This document shows, piece after piece, positions 10,513 through 20,155 of a stretch of 64,000 nucleotides of DNA (its first letter is position 1; every line of letters starts with the position of its first letter). The DNA comes from Candidatus Methylomirabilota bacterium (GTDB taxonomy: Bacteria; Methylomirabilota; Methylomirabilia; Rokubacteriales; DASRDR01): assembly GCA_035550795.1 (NCBI GenBank), contig DASZOL010000068.1, positions 16,202 to 80,201 on the forward strand, in the 5' to 3' direction. The position numbers were made by a program, and so were the translations under genes. The notes beneath the pieces are model-generated. The model saw only the letters and a program-made list of their open reading frames with translations. It was not told the origin of the DNA and made no database searches.

Positions 10513-11424
10513 ATGCCCGTTAGAGCCCTGCTCCACTATGCGCTCGAGGTGCCCGACCAGACGGTCGGGGAGACGTTCTACCGGACGTTCGGGCTCGTCG
10601 ACCGGCCCGCGCGGGACCACGCAGTGCACCTCCACCCCGGCGGCATCGGGCGGGAGTGCACCCTCCTCTACGAGGGCCCGAAAAAGCGCCTTCACCACCT
10701 TGCCTTCGGCGCGCCCGGCGGTGAGCTCGACGCCGTGCGGGAGGCCATGCGCCGGGTGGGCGTGCCCGAGGTCGACCCTCCGCGGGGAGCCCCCGACGGG
10801 GGCCTGTGGCTCCGCGACCCCGACGGGCACTACGTGAACGTCCGCCCGGAGGGAGCCCCCGAGCCTCCGCCCGATCCGCCGCTCGCGGTGAACAGCCCCG
10901 GCCACATCCAGCGCCAGGTGGTGCGCGGCAGCCCCGAGCGGAGTGTCCACGCCGCGCCCCGGAAGCTCGGCCACGTCCTCCTCTTCACCCCGGACGTCGA
11001 TCGCCAGATCGACTTCTACTCGCGGGTCCTCGGCCTCCGGTTGTCCGATCGGGTCAAGAGCCTCATCGCCTTCATGCGCTGCACGACCGACCACCACAAC
11101 CTGGCGTTCCTGACCTCCAAGGGGCCCGGCTTTCACCACGCCTCGTTCCAGGTCGGCTCGGTCGACGAGATCGCGATCGGGGGCGCGCGGATGCGCGATT
11201 CGGGCTGGCAGATGGGCTGGGGGCTCGGGCGTCACGTCATCGGATCGAACTACTTCTACTACACGCGCGATCCCTGGGGGAGCTTCGCCGAGTACTACCA
11301 CGACCTGGACTTCATTCCGGAGGGGTGCGCCTGGGTCCCGCGCGACTTTCCCGAGGAGGACTCCCTCTACGTGTGGGGCCCGCCGCTGCCTCCCGAGTTC
11401 GTCGAGAACACCGAGCTGGCCTGA
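10513..11424 (+). CDS. VOC-family (two-domain, extradiol dioxygenase/glyoxalase-like) protein
   Basis: Two tandem VOC-like halves (LLHYALEVPD...LHHLAF and KLGHVLLFTPD...FHHASF). GGAGGA at 10501-10506 lies 6 nt before the ATG at 10513. Confidence 0.7.
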   Translation: MPVRALLHYALEVPDQTVGETFYRTFGLVDRPARDHAVHLHPGGIGRECTLLYEGPKKRLHHLAFGAPGGELDAVREAMRRVGVPEVDPPRGAPDGGLWLRDPDGHYVNVRPEGAPEPPPDPPLAVNSPGHIQRQVVRGSPERSVHAAPRKLGHVLLFTPDVDRQIDFYSRVLGLRLSDRVKSLIAFMRCTTDHHNLAFLTSKGPGFHHASFQVGSVDEIAIGGARMRDSGWQMGWGLGRHVIGSNYFYYTRDPWGSFAEYYHDLDFIPEGCAWVPRDFPEEDSLYVWGPPLPPEFVENTELA

Positions 11425-11488
11425 GGCGACGGCCGGCTCAGGGCGATCAGGGAGACTGATCCGCGCTCCGCGCGCGTCGGGCGCGACG

Positions 11489-12697
11489 TCACGCGGGAGT
11501 CCGTTCGCGCCGCCCGCGCACAGCTCTTCCGGCCAGCCCCTCCAAGCTCAGCACCTCTTCGTAGACGGCCTCCGTCGCCCGGGCCATGCGCTCCGCCGAG
11601 AACGCCTCCATCACACGCCGACGGCCTGCCTCGCCCATCTGGTAGCGGCGCTTTGGATCGGCGAGCAATCGCAGGATCGCCTCCGCCAGCCCGGCACAAT
11701 CTCCGGGCGGTACGAGCGACCCGGTCTGGTCGTCGAGCACGACTTCGGGAATCGTGCTGACCCTGGAGGCCACGACGCAGGTTCCGGCAGCCATCGCTTC
11801 CAGGATTGCGAGCCCGAAACCCTCCCACAGCGAGGGTTGCACGTAGAGGTCCGCTGCCGCCAGGATGGCGGGCACGTCGAATCGCCAGCCGGCGAACACC
11901 ACGTGATCCGAGACGCCCAGCGCTTTCGCCTCGGCGGCCAATCGGGCTCGCCATGGCCCCTCGCCCACCACCAGCAACCTGGCGTGCGGCATGGCTCGGG
12001 CGATGGCGGGCCAGGCCCGGAGCAGGTGAGAGTGTCCCTTCTGCTTCACGAGGCGCCCCACGCTGACCACCAGAGGAACCTCGCACGAGAGCCCGAGCTC
12101 CTCCCGCACCCGATACCCGTCGCTGGTCGGCTCGGGCGGCTCCATCCCGTACGGGACGGTCCGGATCAGCCCAGGATCCACGCCCTCGACGTGGCGTATG
12201 AAGTCGGCCAGATACCGGGAGAGCGCGATCACTCGGCTCCAGCCCAGGCCGGCGAGGCGAGTGACAGCTCTGACATCGGCCCGGCGGCGGAACGCGTCGT
12301 CATTGTGTCTGGTCGAGACGACTCGCCGGATGCCGGCCAGGCGCGAGGCGAGCAGGCCGTAGAGGTCGGCATGGATCAGATGCGTGTGCACCAGGTCAAC
12401 CGGCTCCTGGCGAAGCCGCCGGTACAGCGCAAGAAGACAGCTCGGGTCCAGATCGCTCCGGATCGTGGCGTGATCGACACAGATGCCCATGCCCCGAAAG
12501 TACGCGATGTAGTCGGTGACCGGACGCCGAGGCTCCGTCAGGAGGAAGAGGGACACGTCGAACCGTCGCCGATCCAGTCGCGGGAGCAGGATCTGCAGAT
12601 GGCGCTCCGAGCCGCCGAGCCCGGCGACCTTGTGAACGTGGAGGATGCGCGCTCTCGCGGCGGGGAGCGGCGCCACCGGGAGCCTGTCCTCGCTCAC
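11489..12697 (-). CDS. glycosyltransferase family 4 (GT-B)
   Basis: ILHVHKVAGLGGSERH N-terminal domain and an EGFGLAILEAMAAGTCVVAS C-terminal EX7E-type motif. GTG at 12697 is chosen as the start; the 103 codons upstream are low-complexity. Confidence 0.75.
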   Translation of the reverse strand: MSEDRLPVAPLPAARARILHVHKVAGLGGSERHLQILLPRLDRRRFDVSLFLLTEPRRPVTDYIAYFRGMGICVDHATIRSDLDPSCLLALYRRLRQEPVDLVHTHLIHADLYGLLASRLAGIRRVVSTRHNDDAFRRRADVRAVTRLAGLGWSRVIALSRYLADFIRHVEGVDPGLIRTVPYGMEPPEPTSDGYRVREELGLSCEVPLVVSVGRLVKQKGHSHLLRAWPAIARAMPHARLLVVGEGPWRARLAAEAKALGVSDHVVFAGWRFDVPAILAAADLYVQPSLWEGFGLAILEAMAAGTCVVASRVSTIPEVVLDDQTGSLVPPGDCAGLAEAILRLLADPKRRYQMGEAGRRRVMEAFSAERMARATEAVYEEVLSLEGLAGRAVRGRRERTPA

Positions 12698-12779
12698 CGT
12701 TCTGCCTTCGGCGCGCGGGTGCCTGCCGGACGGCCTCGACTGGGCGGTCTTCGGCGGCGGCTGGTGGCGCCCGGCCGGC

Positions 12780-13886
12780 TCATCGCCGCCGCCGCTCCAG
12801 GAGCCGCTCGTAGAGGGCCTCCCACTGCGGGGCGATTCGCTGCACGGCGAACCGCTCCTGCACGCGGGAGCGGGCGCGCCGGCCCATCTCGCGCATCCGC
12901 TCAGGGTCGTCGAGCAGCTCGAGAACCGACGCGGCGAGGCGAGCGGGGTCTCGCGGCGGAACCAGCAGCCCCGTGGCGCCGTCCTCGACGGCTTCGCGAA
13001 GCCCATCGACCGCCGTGGCGACGACCGGCCGTTCGGCCGCGCCGGCTTCGAGGACCGCCAGGCCCAGACCTTCGCGCAGCGACGCCATCACGGCGAGGTC
13101 GCTCGCCGCCAGGATCAGCGGAACATCGGAGCGCCAGCCGAGAAAGCGCACATGCGCCTGGACTCCGAGGGCCGCCGCTCGCTGCTCGATGGCGCGTCGC
13201 TCCGCCCCGTCGCCGACCAGGAGGAGGCGCACGCCGGGGCGCGCCGCGCGGATCGCCGGGAGCGCCTCGATGAGGTCCAGGTGACCCTTCACCGCCTTCA
13301 GGACCGCGACGCACGCCAGGATGGTGGCCTCCGGGGGCAGGCCCAGAGCCTCCCGAGCCGCGAGGCGCCCGGGCAGCTCCAGGAACCGGGCCGTGTCGAC
13401 CGGATTCAGCACGACCTCGACCGCCCGGTACCGGAGCCGCTGCTCACAGAAGCGCCGTACCGCCTCCGAGCAAGCCACCGCGCGGGTTGCGAATGCCGCC
13501 GTCAGCCGGTCGACGACACGGATCTTCCACCGCCAGTGCCAGTGGCAGCTCCGGACGTGCATCACGCGGATACCCACCCCCGCGCTCCAGGCTGCCGGGA
13601 GGCCCATCCAGGCGGCTTCCGGCAGCTGCGTGTGCACGATGTCGGGCTGCACGCTGCGGAGGTATTGCCACAGGCACCGTGCGTGTCCCGTCGCTACCCC
13701 CGGGCGCAGACCGAGCGCGTGCACGGGAATCCCGGCCGCGCGCAGGCCGTCGGCAAAATGACCTTCTCGGAACAGACACACGACCTGGATGTCAAAACGC
13801 GTCCGATCCAGTCGAGGCAGCAGGTCCAGCAGACCGCGGCCGGCGCCGCCGTCGAGTGCATTGATGATCTGAACGACGCGCGTCAA
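12780..13886 (-). CDS. glycosyltransferase family 4 (GT-B)
   Basis: The GT4 C-terminal motif is REGLGLAVLEAGAAERPVVAT. TTG at 13886 is preceded by AAGGAG with 6-nt spacing. Confidence 0.75.
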   Translation of the reverse strand: MTRVVQIINALDGGAGRGLLDLLPRLDRTRFDIQVVCLFREGHFADGLRAAGIPVHALGLRPGVATGHARCLWQYLRSVQPDIVHTQLPEAAWMGLPAAWSAGVGIRVMHVRSCHWHWRWKIRVVDRLTAAFATRAVACSEAVRRFCEQRLRYRAVEVVLNPVDTARFLELPGRLAAREALGLPPEATILACVAVLKAVKGHLDLIEALPAIRAARPGVRLLLVGDGAERRAIEQRAAALGVQAHVRFLGWRSDVPLILAASDLAVMASLREGLGLAVLEAGAAERPVVATAVDGLREAVEDGATGLLVPPRDPARLAASVLELLDDPERMREMGRRARSRVQERFAVQRIAPQWEALYERLLERRRR

Positions 13887-13983
13887 CCCGCGCTCCTTGG
13901 CCGGACGTCGACCGCAGGGGTTCGTACGTTCTCGCAGTTCGCGCGCGCGACAGAGGGTATCCTCTAACGGGGCGCGGCACAAT

Positions 13984-14016
13984 GATAAAATCTGGCGATA
14001 AAATAATCTGGTCTGG
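13984..14016. promoter_or_regulatory. AT-rich island with direct repeats in a divergent intergenic region (candidate promoter/operator)
   Basis: GATAAAATCTGG / GATAAAATAATCTGG / TCTGG. This is the most conspicuous AT-rich patch I noticed in the glycan island. It sits between the divergent genes starting at 13886 (-) and 14124 (+). TAAAAT resembles a -10 box. Confidence 0.4.
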
Positions 14017-14123
14017 TCGGACGCGGGGCGTGGCGCCCTGCTTGACCACCCTTCGAGAGCTTACCTAGAATTCGACCGTCTCCGGGGCCGGCGACGCTTG
14101 GGCGACAGGAGGGGGAAGCTGGG

Positions 14124-14918
14124 TTGATCGAGCAGGCTCGGAGTGCTCTGGTCGACCCGGACCGAGGGTACTTCCTGGTGCGTGGCCTCTTCTCGACGGA
14201 GGAGCTCGCCACGTACCGGACAGAGTGCGAGAGCTTCATGCGCCGGGCGCCGAGATTCCACATGCGCCTGAATACCGATTGGATGTTCGACTACGTCCAC
14301 CCGTACTCGCTCGATATCGTGGAGCGCAATCATCGGCTGTATCAGTACCTGCACAACCGGCACTCGCCGACCGCGGTATCGATCTTCGAGCGGACTCTCG
14401 CTCTCCGGAACCGCATCGAGGAGGCGTGGACGACCGACCGGGTCTACCGGGGTGAGCGGGAAAAGCAGCAGGACTACGTCATCGTCACGCGATACCTCCC
14501 CGGACGCGGGGAGCTGCCGCGTCACCGTGACTACCGCGGTCCGGCGAGCCTTCCGCTCCTTCAGTCGCTCGCCCTGCTCTCCAGGCCCGGCGAGGACTTC
14601 GCCGGCGGCGAGCTCGTGCTCTTCTCGAAGGCCGGTCGGCCCGTGAGGCTGATCGAGGAGCTCGGAGCGCAGCTGGGGGACCTGCTCCTTTTCGACAAGG
14701 CGCTGGAGCACGAAGTGCAGACCACGCTGCCGGGAAGGACCGGTATCAGCCGATGGTCCGTGAACGTCGGTGCCCGCTCGCCCCGTCACGGCTACGGGAA
14801 GTATGTCAAGATGCGGCTCTTCTACAACGCGGCGATGTTTCCGGCGTGGACGTCTCTGGTCCGCGGGGTGAGGGTCGCCCTGGGCAGGCCGCCCCTGCGG
14901 CAGCGCTACCCTTCCTGA
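14124..14918 (+). CDS. 2OG-Fe(II) oxygenase superfamily protein (prolyl-4-hydroxylase-like)
   Basis: HxD (LPRHRDY) plus a distal His (ALEHEV). TTG start with an AGGAGGGGG Shine-Dalgarno at 14107-14115. Confidence 0.65.
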   Translation: MIEQARSALVDPDRGYFLVRGLFSTEELATYRTECESFMRRAPRFHMRLNTDWMFDYVHPYSLDIVERNHRLYQYLHNRHSPTAVSIFERTLALRNRIEEAWTTDRVYRGEREKQQDYVIVTRYLPGRGELPRHRDYRGPASLPLLQSLALLSRPGEDFAGGELVLFSKAGRPVRLIEELGAQLGDLLLFDKALEHEVQTTLPGRTGISRWSVNVGARSPRHGYGKYVKMRLFYNAAMFPAWTSLVRGVRVALGRPPLRQRYPS

Positions 14919-15047
14919 GCCGTCGCCGGGCCCCCCGGGAGTACGGGGCGTCCTGACGACGCAGCTCGGAGGTGCCGCGGTGCACGGCGCTTCGGGCAAG
15001 GATCGAAACGGCGTGGCGTTTCTGTCGGATCGGGCGGGCGGGGTCTC

Positions 15048-16256
15048 GTGCGAGTGCTCATGATCGGTCTCGATCCGACGATCCTCGGGCGGGGGACGGG
15101 GCCCGGGGATACGCGGGAGCGCCACGTCAAGTACGCGGCGGCGCTGCGCCGCCACGTTCCCGGTGGTCGCCTCGACGTGATCGTCCGGGTGCCCCGGTCG
15201 TGGAGCGGCGGGGCCACCGAGATCGCGGATGGTCTCGTCGTGCACCCGGTCCCATGCGCCCGCGCCGGCTTCGCGCCGGGCGCCCTCCGAGCGTGCGCAA
15301 TGCTCACGGCTCGGGACCGGCCCGACGTCGTGACCACGCAGACTCCGTTCGACGACGGTCTGGTCGGCGCCTGGTTGAAGCGCCGGTGCCGTGCCGCGCT
15401 CAACGTGCAGATGCACTCGAGCTTCCTGGACTCGCCCCAGTGGATGCGGCACCGGCCTCTCGTCTACCGGGCTTTCAATCGGCTGGGGAAGTGGGTCGCG
15501 GGCCAGGCGGATACCATCCGCGTCGTGAGCCGGGGGGAGCAGCGGCGTCTGGAGCAGTGCCTTCCCTGGCTCAAACAGAAGCTCGTGTTCCTGCACGAGC
15601 TCGTGGATCGAGCGACGTTCGAGGCGCCGATGCGGCCGGAAGAACAGTCGGCCGCCGAGCTCGTGCTCCGGACGCACGGCCTCGCCGGATTCCCGCTCCT
15701 CCTGTTTGTCGGCCGCCTCTCGTGGGAGAAGAACGTCGCGATGCTCCTCGAGGCGTTCGCGCGGGCTGCCGGGCGTGTGCCGGGGAGCGCGCTGATCGTG
15801 GCCGGCGATGGGCCCCTGCGCGCGTCGCTCGAGAGGCGGGCGGGCGCCCTCGGCCTGGCGCGCCGCGTAGTGTGGCTGGGCGTGGTCCCGCTGCCCGCAC
15901 TGCGGCCCTGGTTTGCGGCGGCGGCCGGATTGCTGTTGCCGTCCGCGTACGAAGGCTTCGGGAAGGTGGTCGTCGAATCGTACCTGATGGGCACTCCCGC
16001 GATCGTGACGCCGTTCGTCAGTGCCGCCGAGCTCGTGCGCGACGGGGAGACGGGCTTCGTCGCCCCCGATTTCCACGGCGTGCCGTGGCTCGGCGAGCGC
16101 ATGGCGTACCTGCTGGGACACCCGGAGGAGGCGAGGGCAATGGGTCAGCGGGGGAGGACGCACGTGCAGTCGTACCTGCTGCCGGAGCGTGAGTACATGG
16201 ACAGACTGGTCGGGATCTGGCAAGACACGCTGGCGAGGGCTCGCCGGGAGGGTTGA
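15048..16256 (+). CDS. glycosyltransferase family 4
   Basis: MRVLMIGLDP N-terminus, GRLSWEKNV, and a YEGFGKVVVESYLMGTPAIV E-x7-E motif. Confidence 0.8.
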   Translation: MRVLMIGLDPTILGRGTGPGDTRERHVKYAAALRRHVPGGRLDVIVRVPRSWSGGATEIADGLVVHPVPCARAGFAPGALRACAMLTARDRPDVVTTQTPFDDGLVGAWLKRRCRAALNVQMHSSFLDSPQWMRHRPLVYRAFNRLGKWVAGQADTIRVVSRGEQRRLEQCLPWLKQKLVFLHELVDRATFEAPMRPEEQSAAELVLRTHGLAGFPLLLFVGRLSWEKNVAMLLEAFARAAGRVPGSALIVAGDGPLRASLERRAGALGLARRVVWLGVVPLPALRPWFAAAAGLLLPSAYEGFGKVVVESYLMGTPAIVTPFVSAAELVRDGETGFVAPDFHGVPWLGERMAYLLGHPEEARAMGQRGRTHVQSYLLPEREYMDRLVGIWQDTLARARREG

Positions 16257-16263
16257 GGGCCGG

Positions 16264-17355
16264 ATGCGCCTGCTCGTGCTGAACATGGCCATGGACCTGG
16301 ACAGTCCCGCGTACGAGTTCGTCGTCGCGTGGGTCCGGGCGCTGGCCGAGCGCATCGAGCGAGTGGAGGTGATCACGATGCGCCTCGGCCGTATCGACAC
16401 CCCCGAGAACGTGCGGGTGCACTCGCTTGGGAAGGAACGCGGATACAGCGAGCCGCGGAGGGTCCTGGAGTTCTACCGGCACGTCGGCCGTCTGCTCGAA
16501 GAAGGGCCGATCGACGTCTGCTTCTCCCACATGCTCCCGATCTTCACGCTCCTCGCCGCGCCGGTGCTCGGGCCTCGACGCGTCCCGATCGTCACGTGGT
16601 ACGCGCACCCGAGCCTCACGGCCACGCTGAAGCTCGCGCACCGCGTGTCGACGCGCATGGTCACGAGCGTTGCCTCCGCGTACCCCTACCGGCACGACAA
16701 GCTGCTGGTAGTCGGGCAAGGCATTGATACGGATCTGTTCGCGCCCGTGGCGGCCCCCCCGGAGAGGCCGCCGATGCTCCTGTGTGTGGCGCGGCTGTCC
16801 CCCGTGAAGGACCATCCGACCCTGCTCCGGGCAGTCTCTCTTCTCCGCAGGGGCTCCCCGCCGCCGTTTCGGGTGGCGGTCGTAGGAGGGCCCGCGCGCC
16901 CGACGGACGGCGCGTACGCGCGGCGCCTGCGCGCCCAGGTCGCCGACGAGGGGCTGGAGGACGTCGTGACTTTCCGGGGCGCTGTCCCGATGCGCGATCT
17001 GCCCGGATGGTACCGGCGCTGCACCGCCCATGTGAACCTGACGCCGACCGGGTTCGGGGACAAGGTCGCCTGGGAGGCGATGAGCTGCGGTCGGCCGAGC
17101 GTCGCCGCCAACGAGGGATTCCGGGAGACCCTGGGGCCGCACGCTGACTTCCTCCTGTTTCCTCACGGTGATGCCGAGGCGCTCGCGCGACGCCTGGAAG
17201 CCGTGCTGTCGCTGTCCGCCGACACGCTGATGCGGATCGGCTCGGATCTCCGCGAGAGCGTGGTGAGGCTCCACGGCCTCGCTGGGCTCGCAGCGAGGCT
17301 CGCGGATCTCTTTCGCGATCTCAGCGCGGGGCGGAAGATGGCGTGTCTGGAGTGA
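16264..17355 (+). CDS. glycosyltransferase family 4
   Basis: The internal ATG at 16264 gives MRLLVLNMAMDLD. The GT-B C-terminal half has ARLSPVKDH and GFGDKVAWEAMSCGRPSV. Confidence 0.75.
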   Translation: MRLLVLNMAMDLDSPAYEFVVAWVRALAERIERVEVITMRLGRIDTPENVRVHSLGKERGYSEPRRVLEFYRHVGRLLEEGPIDVCFSHMLPIFTLLAAPVLGPRRVPIVTWYAHPSLTATLKLAHRVSTRMVTSVASAYPYRHDKLLVVGQGIDTDLFAPVAAPPERPPMLLCVARLSPVKDHPTLLRAVSLLRRGSPPPFRVAVVGGPARPTDGAYARRLRAQVADEGLEDVVTFRGAVPMRDLPGWYRRCTAHVNLTPTGFGDKVAWEAMSCGRPSVAANEGFRETLGPHADFLLFPHGDAEALARRLEAVLSLSADTLMRIGSDLRESVVRLHGLAGLAARLADLFRDLSAGRKMACLE

Positions 17356-18469
17356 TTCGCGTGGTCAGGACGCCCCGCCGCCGTTCCAGGGCCGCCTGAC
17401 ACACCTCCATGACCCCGTCGAGCATGCGATCGACGGAGAACTGTCTCGCCTTGGCCCGGGCGTTGGTGACGATGACGTCGCGGAAGTCGCGGTCGCTCAC
17501 GATGCGGTTTATGGCGGCGCCGAGAGCGCGCTTGTCGTCGGGGCGAACCAGAATGCCCTCCTTCCCGTCCTCGATGAGCTCTGGAATGCCGCCGATCGTG
17601 GTCGCCACGACGGGCACGCCCCCGTGCATGGCCTCGAGCAGCATGTGGGGGAAGTTCTCGAAGGACGTGTTGAGGGCGAACACCGTGGCGCGGCGCACTT
17701 GGCGAGAGAGCTCGGCCTGCGGCAACGCGCCGGTGAACGAGACCGGCGCCTTGAGCATCCGGGCGCGCGCGCCGAGCTCGGCGGCCTGCGGGCCCCCCCC
17801 GATCACGACGAGCCTCCAGCCAGGGTGCTCGGCGACGAGCTCGATCAGAGAGGCGATGCCCTTCCAGGAGACGAGCCTCCCGGCCGTCACGATGACGACC
17901 CCGTCGTCGAGCGCAGGCGACGGCGCCGTCTCCTCCTCGAACCGGCTGCCGCCATAGACGACCCGCACGCGATCGGCGCGCCTGGTCCAACCCGAGACCA
18001 TCCTCCGGGCGTACTCGCTCGGCGTGATCACGGCGTCGGCGTTGCTCACGACCCAGCGCTGGACGCGCCGGAGGAGCTCGGTCCGGACGTCGTAGCGCCT
18101 TGACTGGAAGGCGTCGATCAGGTCCGTCACCCCGAAGCGCTGCACGGCCTGCTCCCACGCGTAGTCCCCGGGCACTCGCACGACGAAGGTCCGGCGGAGG
18201 AGCTTCGCGGCGAGCAGGGCGGGAAGGCCCGCGGAGACGGCGTCCTGTGCGTAGACGAGGTCCGCCCGGCGCGCCCGAACCAGGCACTGGAGGAGGTACA
18301 CCGCGTGCCGCACCCCTCTCGGAATCCGGCGAGAGACGCCGGCGGGCCCGTACGTCACGAGGTAGGCACGCCAGTTCCGGCGTCGAAGCTCTGTGATGAC
18401 CAGGCCGGAATGAGTGGCGGGCCCTCCGATGTCGGGGGCGAAGATGCCGGTGGCGACGAGGACGTCCAC
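17321..18469 (-). CDS. glycosyltransferase family 4
   Basis: MDVLVATGIFAPDIGGPATH N-terminus and an ENFPHMLLEAMHGGVPVVAT motif. It converges on, and overlaps, the previous gene by 35 nt. Confidence 0.8.
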   Translation of the reverse strand: MDVLVATGIFAPDIGGPATHSGLVITELRRRNWRAYLVTYGPAGVSRRIPRGVRHAVYLLQCLVRARRADLVYAQDAVSAGLPALLAAKLLRRTFVVRVPGDYAWEQAVQRFGVTDLIDAFQSRRYDVRTELLRRVQRWVVSNADAVITPSEYARRMVSGWTRRADRVRVVYGGSRFEEETAPSPALDDGVVIVTAGRLVSWKGIASLIELVAEHPGWRLVVIGGGPQAAELGARARMLKAPVSFTGALPQAELSRQVRRATVFALNTSFENFPHMLLEAMHGGVPVVATTIGGIPELIEDGKEGILVRPDDKRALGAAINRIVSDRDFRDVIVTNARAKARQFSVDRMLDGVMEVCQAALERRRGVLTTRITPDTPSSAPR

Positions 18470-18479
18470 GGTCCGGCCG

Positions 18480-20042
18480 CTACCGCAGGAGAAGCTTCAC
18501 GTGGTCCGCGAGGCGGATCGCGAGGGCGACGATCGTCAGGGTGGGATTGGCGTACCCGACGGAGGGGAAGGTCGAGCTCCCCGCGACGTACAGGTTGGAT
18601 ACGCCGTGGACGCGGCAGTGCCGGTCCACCACCCCATGCCTGGGATCGTCGTGCATGCGCGTCGTTCCCATGTGATGAGCGCCGCCCCGCACTGGCACGG
18701 GCCAGCTTGACGCGTCCGCGGTGAGTGCAAGCTCGAACCGGCCGATTCCGGCGTCGGCGATCTCCTGTCCGATGAGCTCGAGCGTGTGCCGGACGCTCCA
18801 CCGGTCGATGGGGCTCAGCCGCCAGTCCAGCCGAGCCCGTCGCCGGCCGAGCGCGTCTCGCTCGGGCCCCAGGGTCACCCGGCTCTCGGGATTGGGCGCC
18901 TGCTCCGCGCGGCTCAGGAGGCGCAGGGGCTCGGCGCTCACCCTTCGCGAGGCAAGGGAGGACGATCCGGCTCCCGATTGCCACCGGGCGAGGCCGGCCG
19001 TCCAGGCATCCAGCACGCGGTGCCAGTCGTGTTCGGAGACGACGCGCGAGCGGACGGCGCCGAAGACGCGCCTCAGCAGGGTGACCGCGCGCGGGACTCG
19101 ACGCTGCAGGAGCAAGCTCGAGCCGAGCAGGCTCTCGCGACGCAGCACGTCCGGCGCAACGGTCAGGGCGCCGCGGATCCGCGTGCCGCGCACGGTGTGC
19201 GTCGCGTACAGGCTGGTCGAGAGAGGCCGCGACGGGATGAAGTCTCCGCAGTCCGGGTGAGGGTGCTCCATGAAGAATCGCCCCACGAGGTCGTGGCGGT
19301 TGCCGAGGCCCGGGGGGTGGACGGCGCTGGACAGGAGGAGAAGTCTGGCGTTCTCGATGCCTCCCGCCGCCAGGATGAACAGGCGGCTCGCCACCGCGAA
19401 GGACGCCCCTCCGAGAGAGGCCACGCGAAGACGGGTGACGGTTGCGCCCGTCGCCTCGGTCTCCAGCTCCATCGCATTTCCATGCAGGTACGTCGCGACG
19501 TTCGGTGCTCGCGTCAGCTCGGCGCGATAGGCGCGGCCGAAGCGGGTCGGCGGGCTGAACTGGAAGATCGCGGTGGCGACCCGGCTTGCGGGCAGCGGCA
19601 GGGCGGGGCGCGTCGCCCCCTCCTGCCAGTCGCCGGCATCGTACGCGTACGGCCCAAGCTGGCAGACCGAGTGGGCCCGCTCATAGTAGGGGCGGAGGTG
19701 GTCGAGGCCGAACGGCCATCCGCTGTGCGGCACCCACGACCGCGTCTCGAAGTCCATCTCCTCGAGCGGCCGGCAGGTTCCGGTCCATCGGTCGGTGGTC
19801 CCTCCCAGGACACTCGAGCGGACGCGGTCGAGCGGCTGGTAAGGATCGCCGATATTCTTGCCGGCGAGGAGCGCGGTGGTGCCCGCGTCCGGCCGCAGCC
19901 CCGCGCCCTCGAGCAGGCAGACCCGGAACGGCTGAGCGATCAGTTCGCGGGCCAGCGTGATTCCTGCCGGACCTCCTCCGACGATGCAGACGTCGGTGTC
20001 GACGAGAGTGCCCGAGGGCACGGCTCGCGCGTCATGCAGCAT
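18480..20042 (-). CDS. GMC-family FAD-dependent oxidoreductase
   Basis: N-terminal DVCIVGGGPAGITLAREL (FAD GxGxxG). C-terminal GGAHHMGTTRM...VHGVSNLYVAGSSTFPSVGYANPTLTIVALAIR. Confidence 0.8.
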   Translation of the reverse strand: MLHDARAVPSGTLVDTDVCIVGGGPAGITLARELIAQPFRVCLLEGAGLRPDAGTTALLAGKNIGDPYQPLDRVRSSVLGGTTDRWTGTCRPLEEMDFETRSWVPHSGWPFGLDHLRPYYERAHSVCQLGPYAYDAGDWQEGATRPALPLPASRVATAIFQFSPPTRFGRAYRAELTRAPNVATYLHGNAMELETEATGATVTRLRVASLGGASFAVASRLFILAAGGIENARLLLLSSAVHPPGLGNRHDLVGRFFMEHPHPDCGDFIPSRPLSTSLYATHTVRGTRIRGALTVAPDVLRRESLLGSSLLLQRRVPRAVTLLRRVFGAVRSRVVSEHDWHRVLDAWTAGLARWQSGAGSSSLASRRVSAEPLRLLSRAEQAPNPESRVTLGPERDALGRRRARLDWRLSPIDRWSVRHTLELIGQEIADAGIGRFELALTADASSWPVPVRGGAHHMGTTRMHDDPRHGVVDRHCRVHGVSNLYVAGSSTFPSVGYANPTLTIVALAIRLADHVKLLLR

Positions 20043-20155
20043 GCGACCGTCGGGGCAGCCGCCTCAGGCGTCGGGACCGCGAGGCCACCGGCTGGCCAGG
20101 GGTGCGTGGCGGATCACCTGCCGCTGTCCTGACGCACGTTCCCGGCATCGGATCG

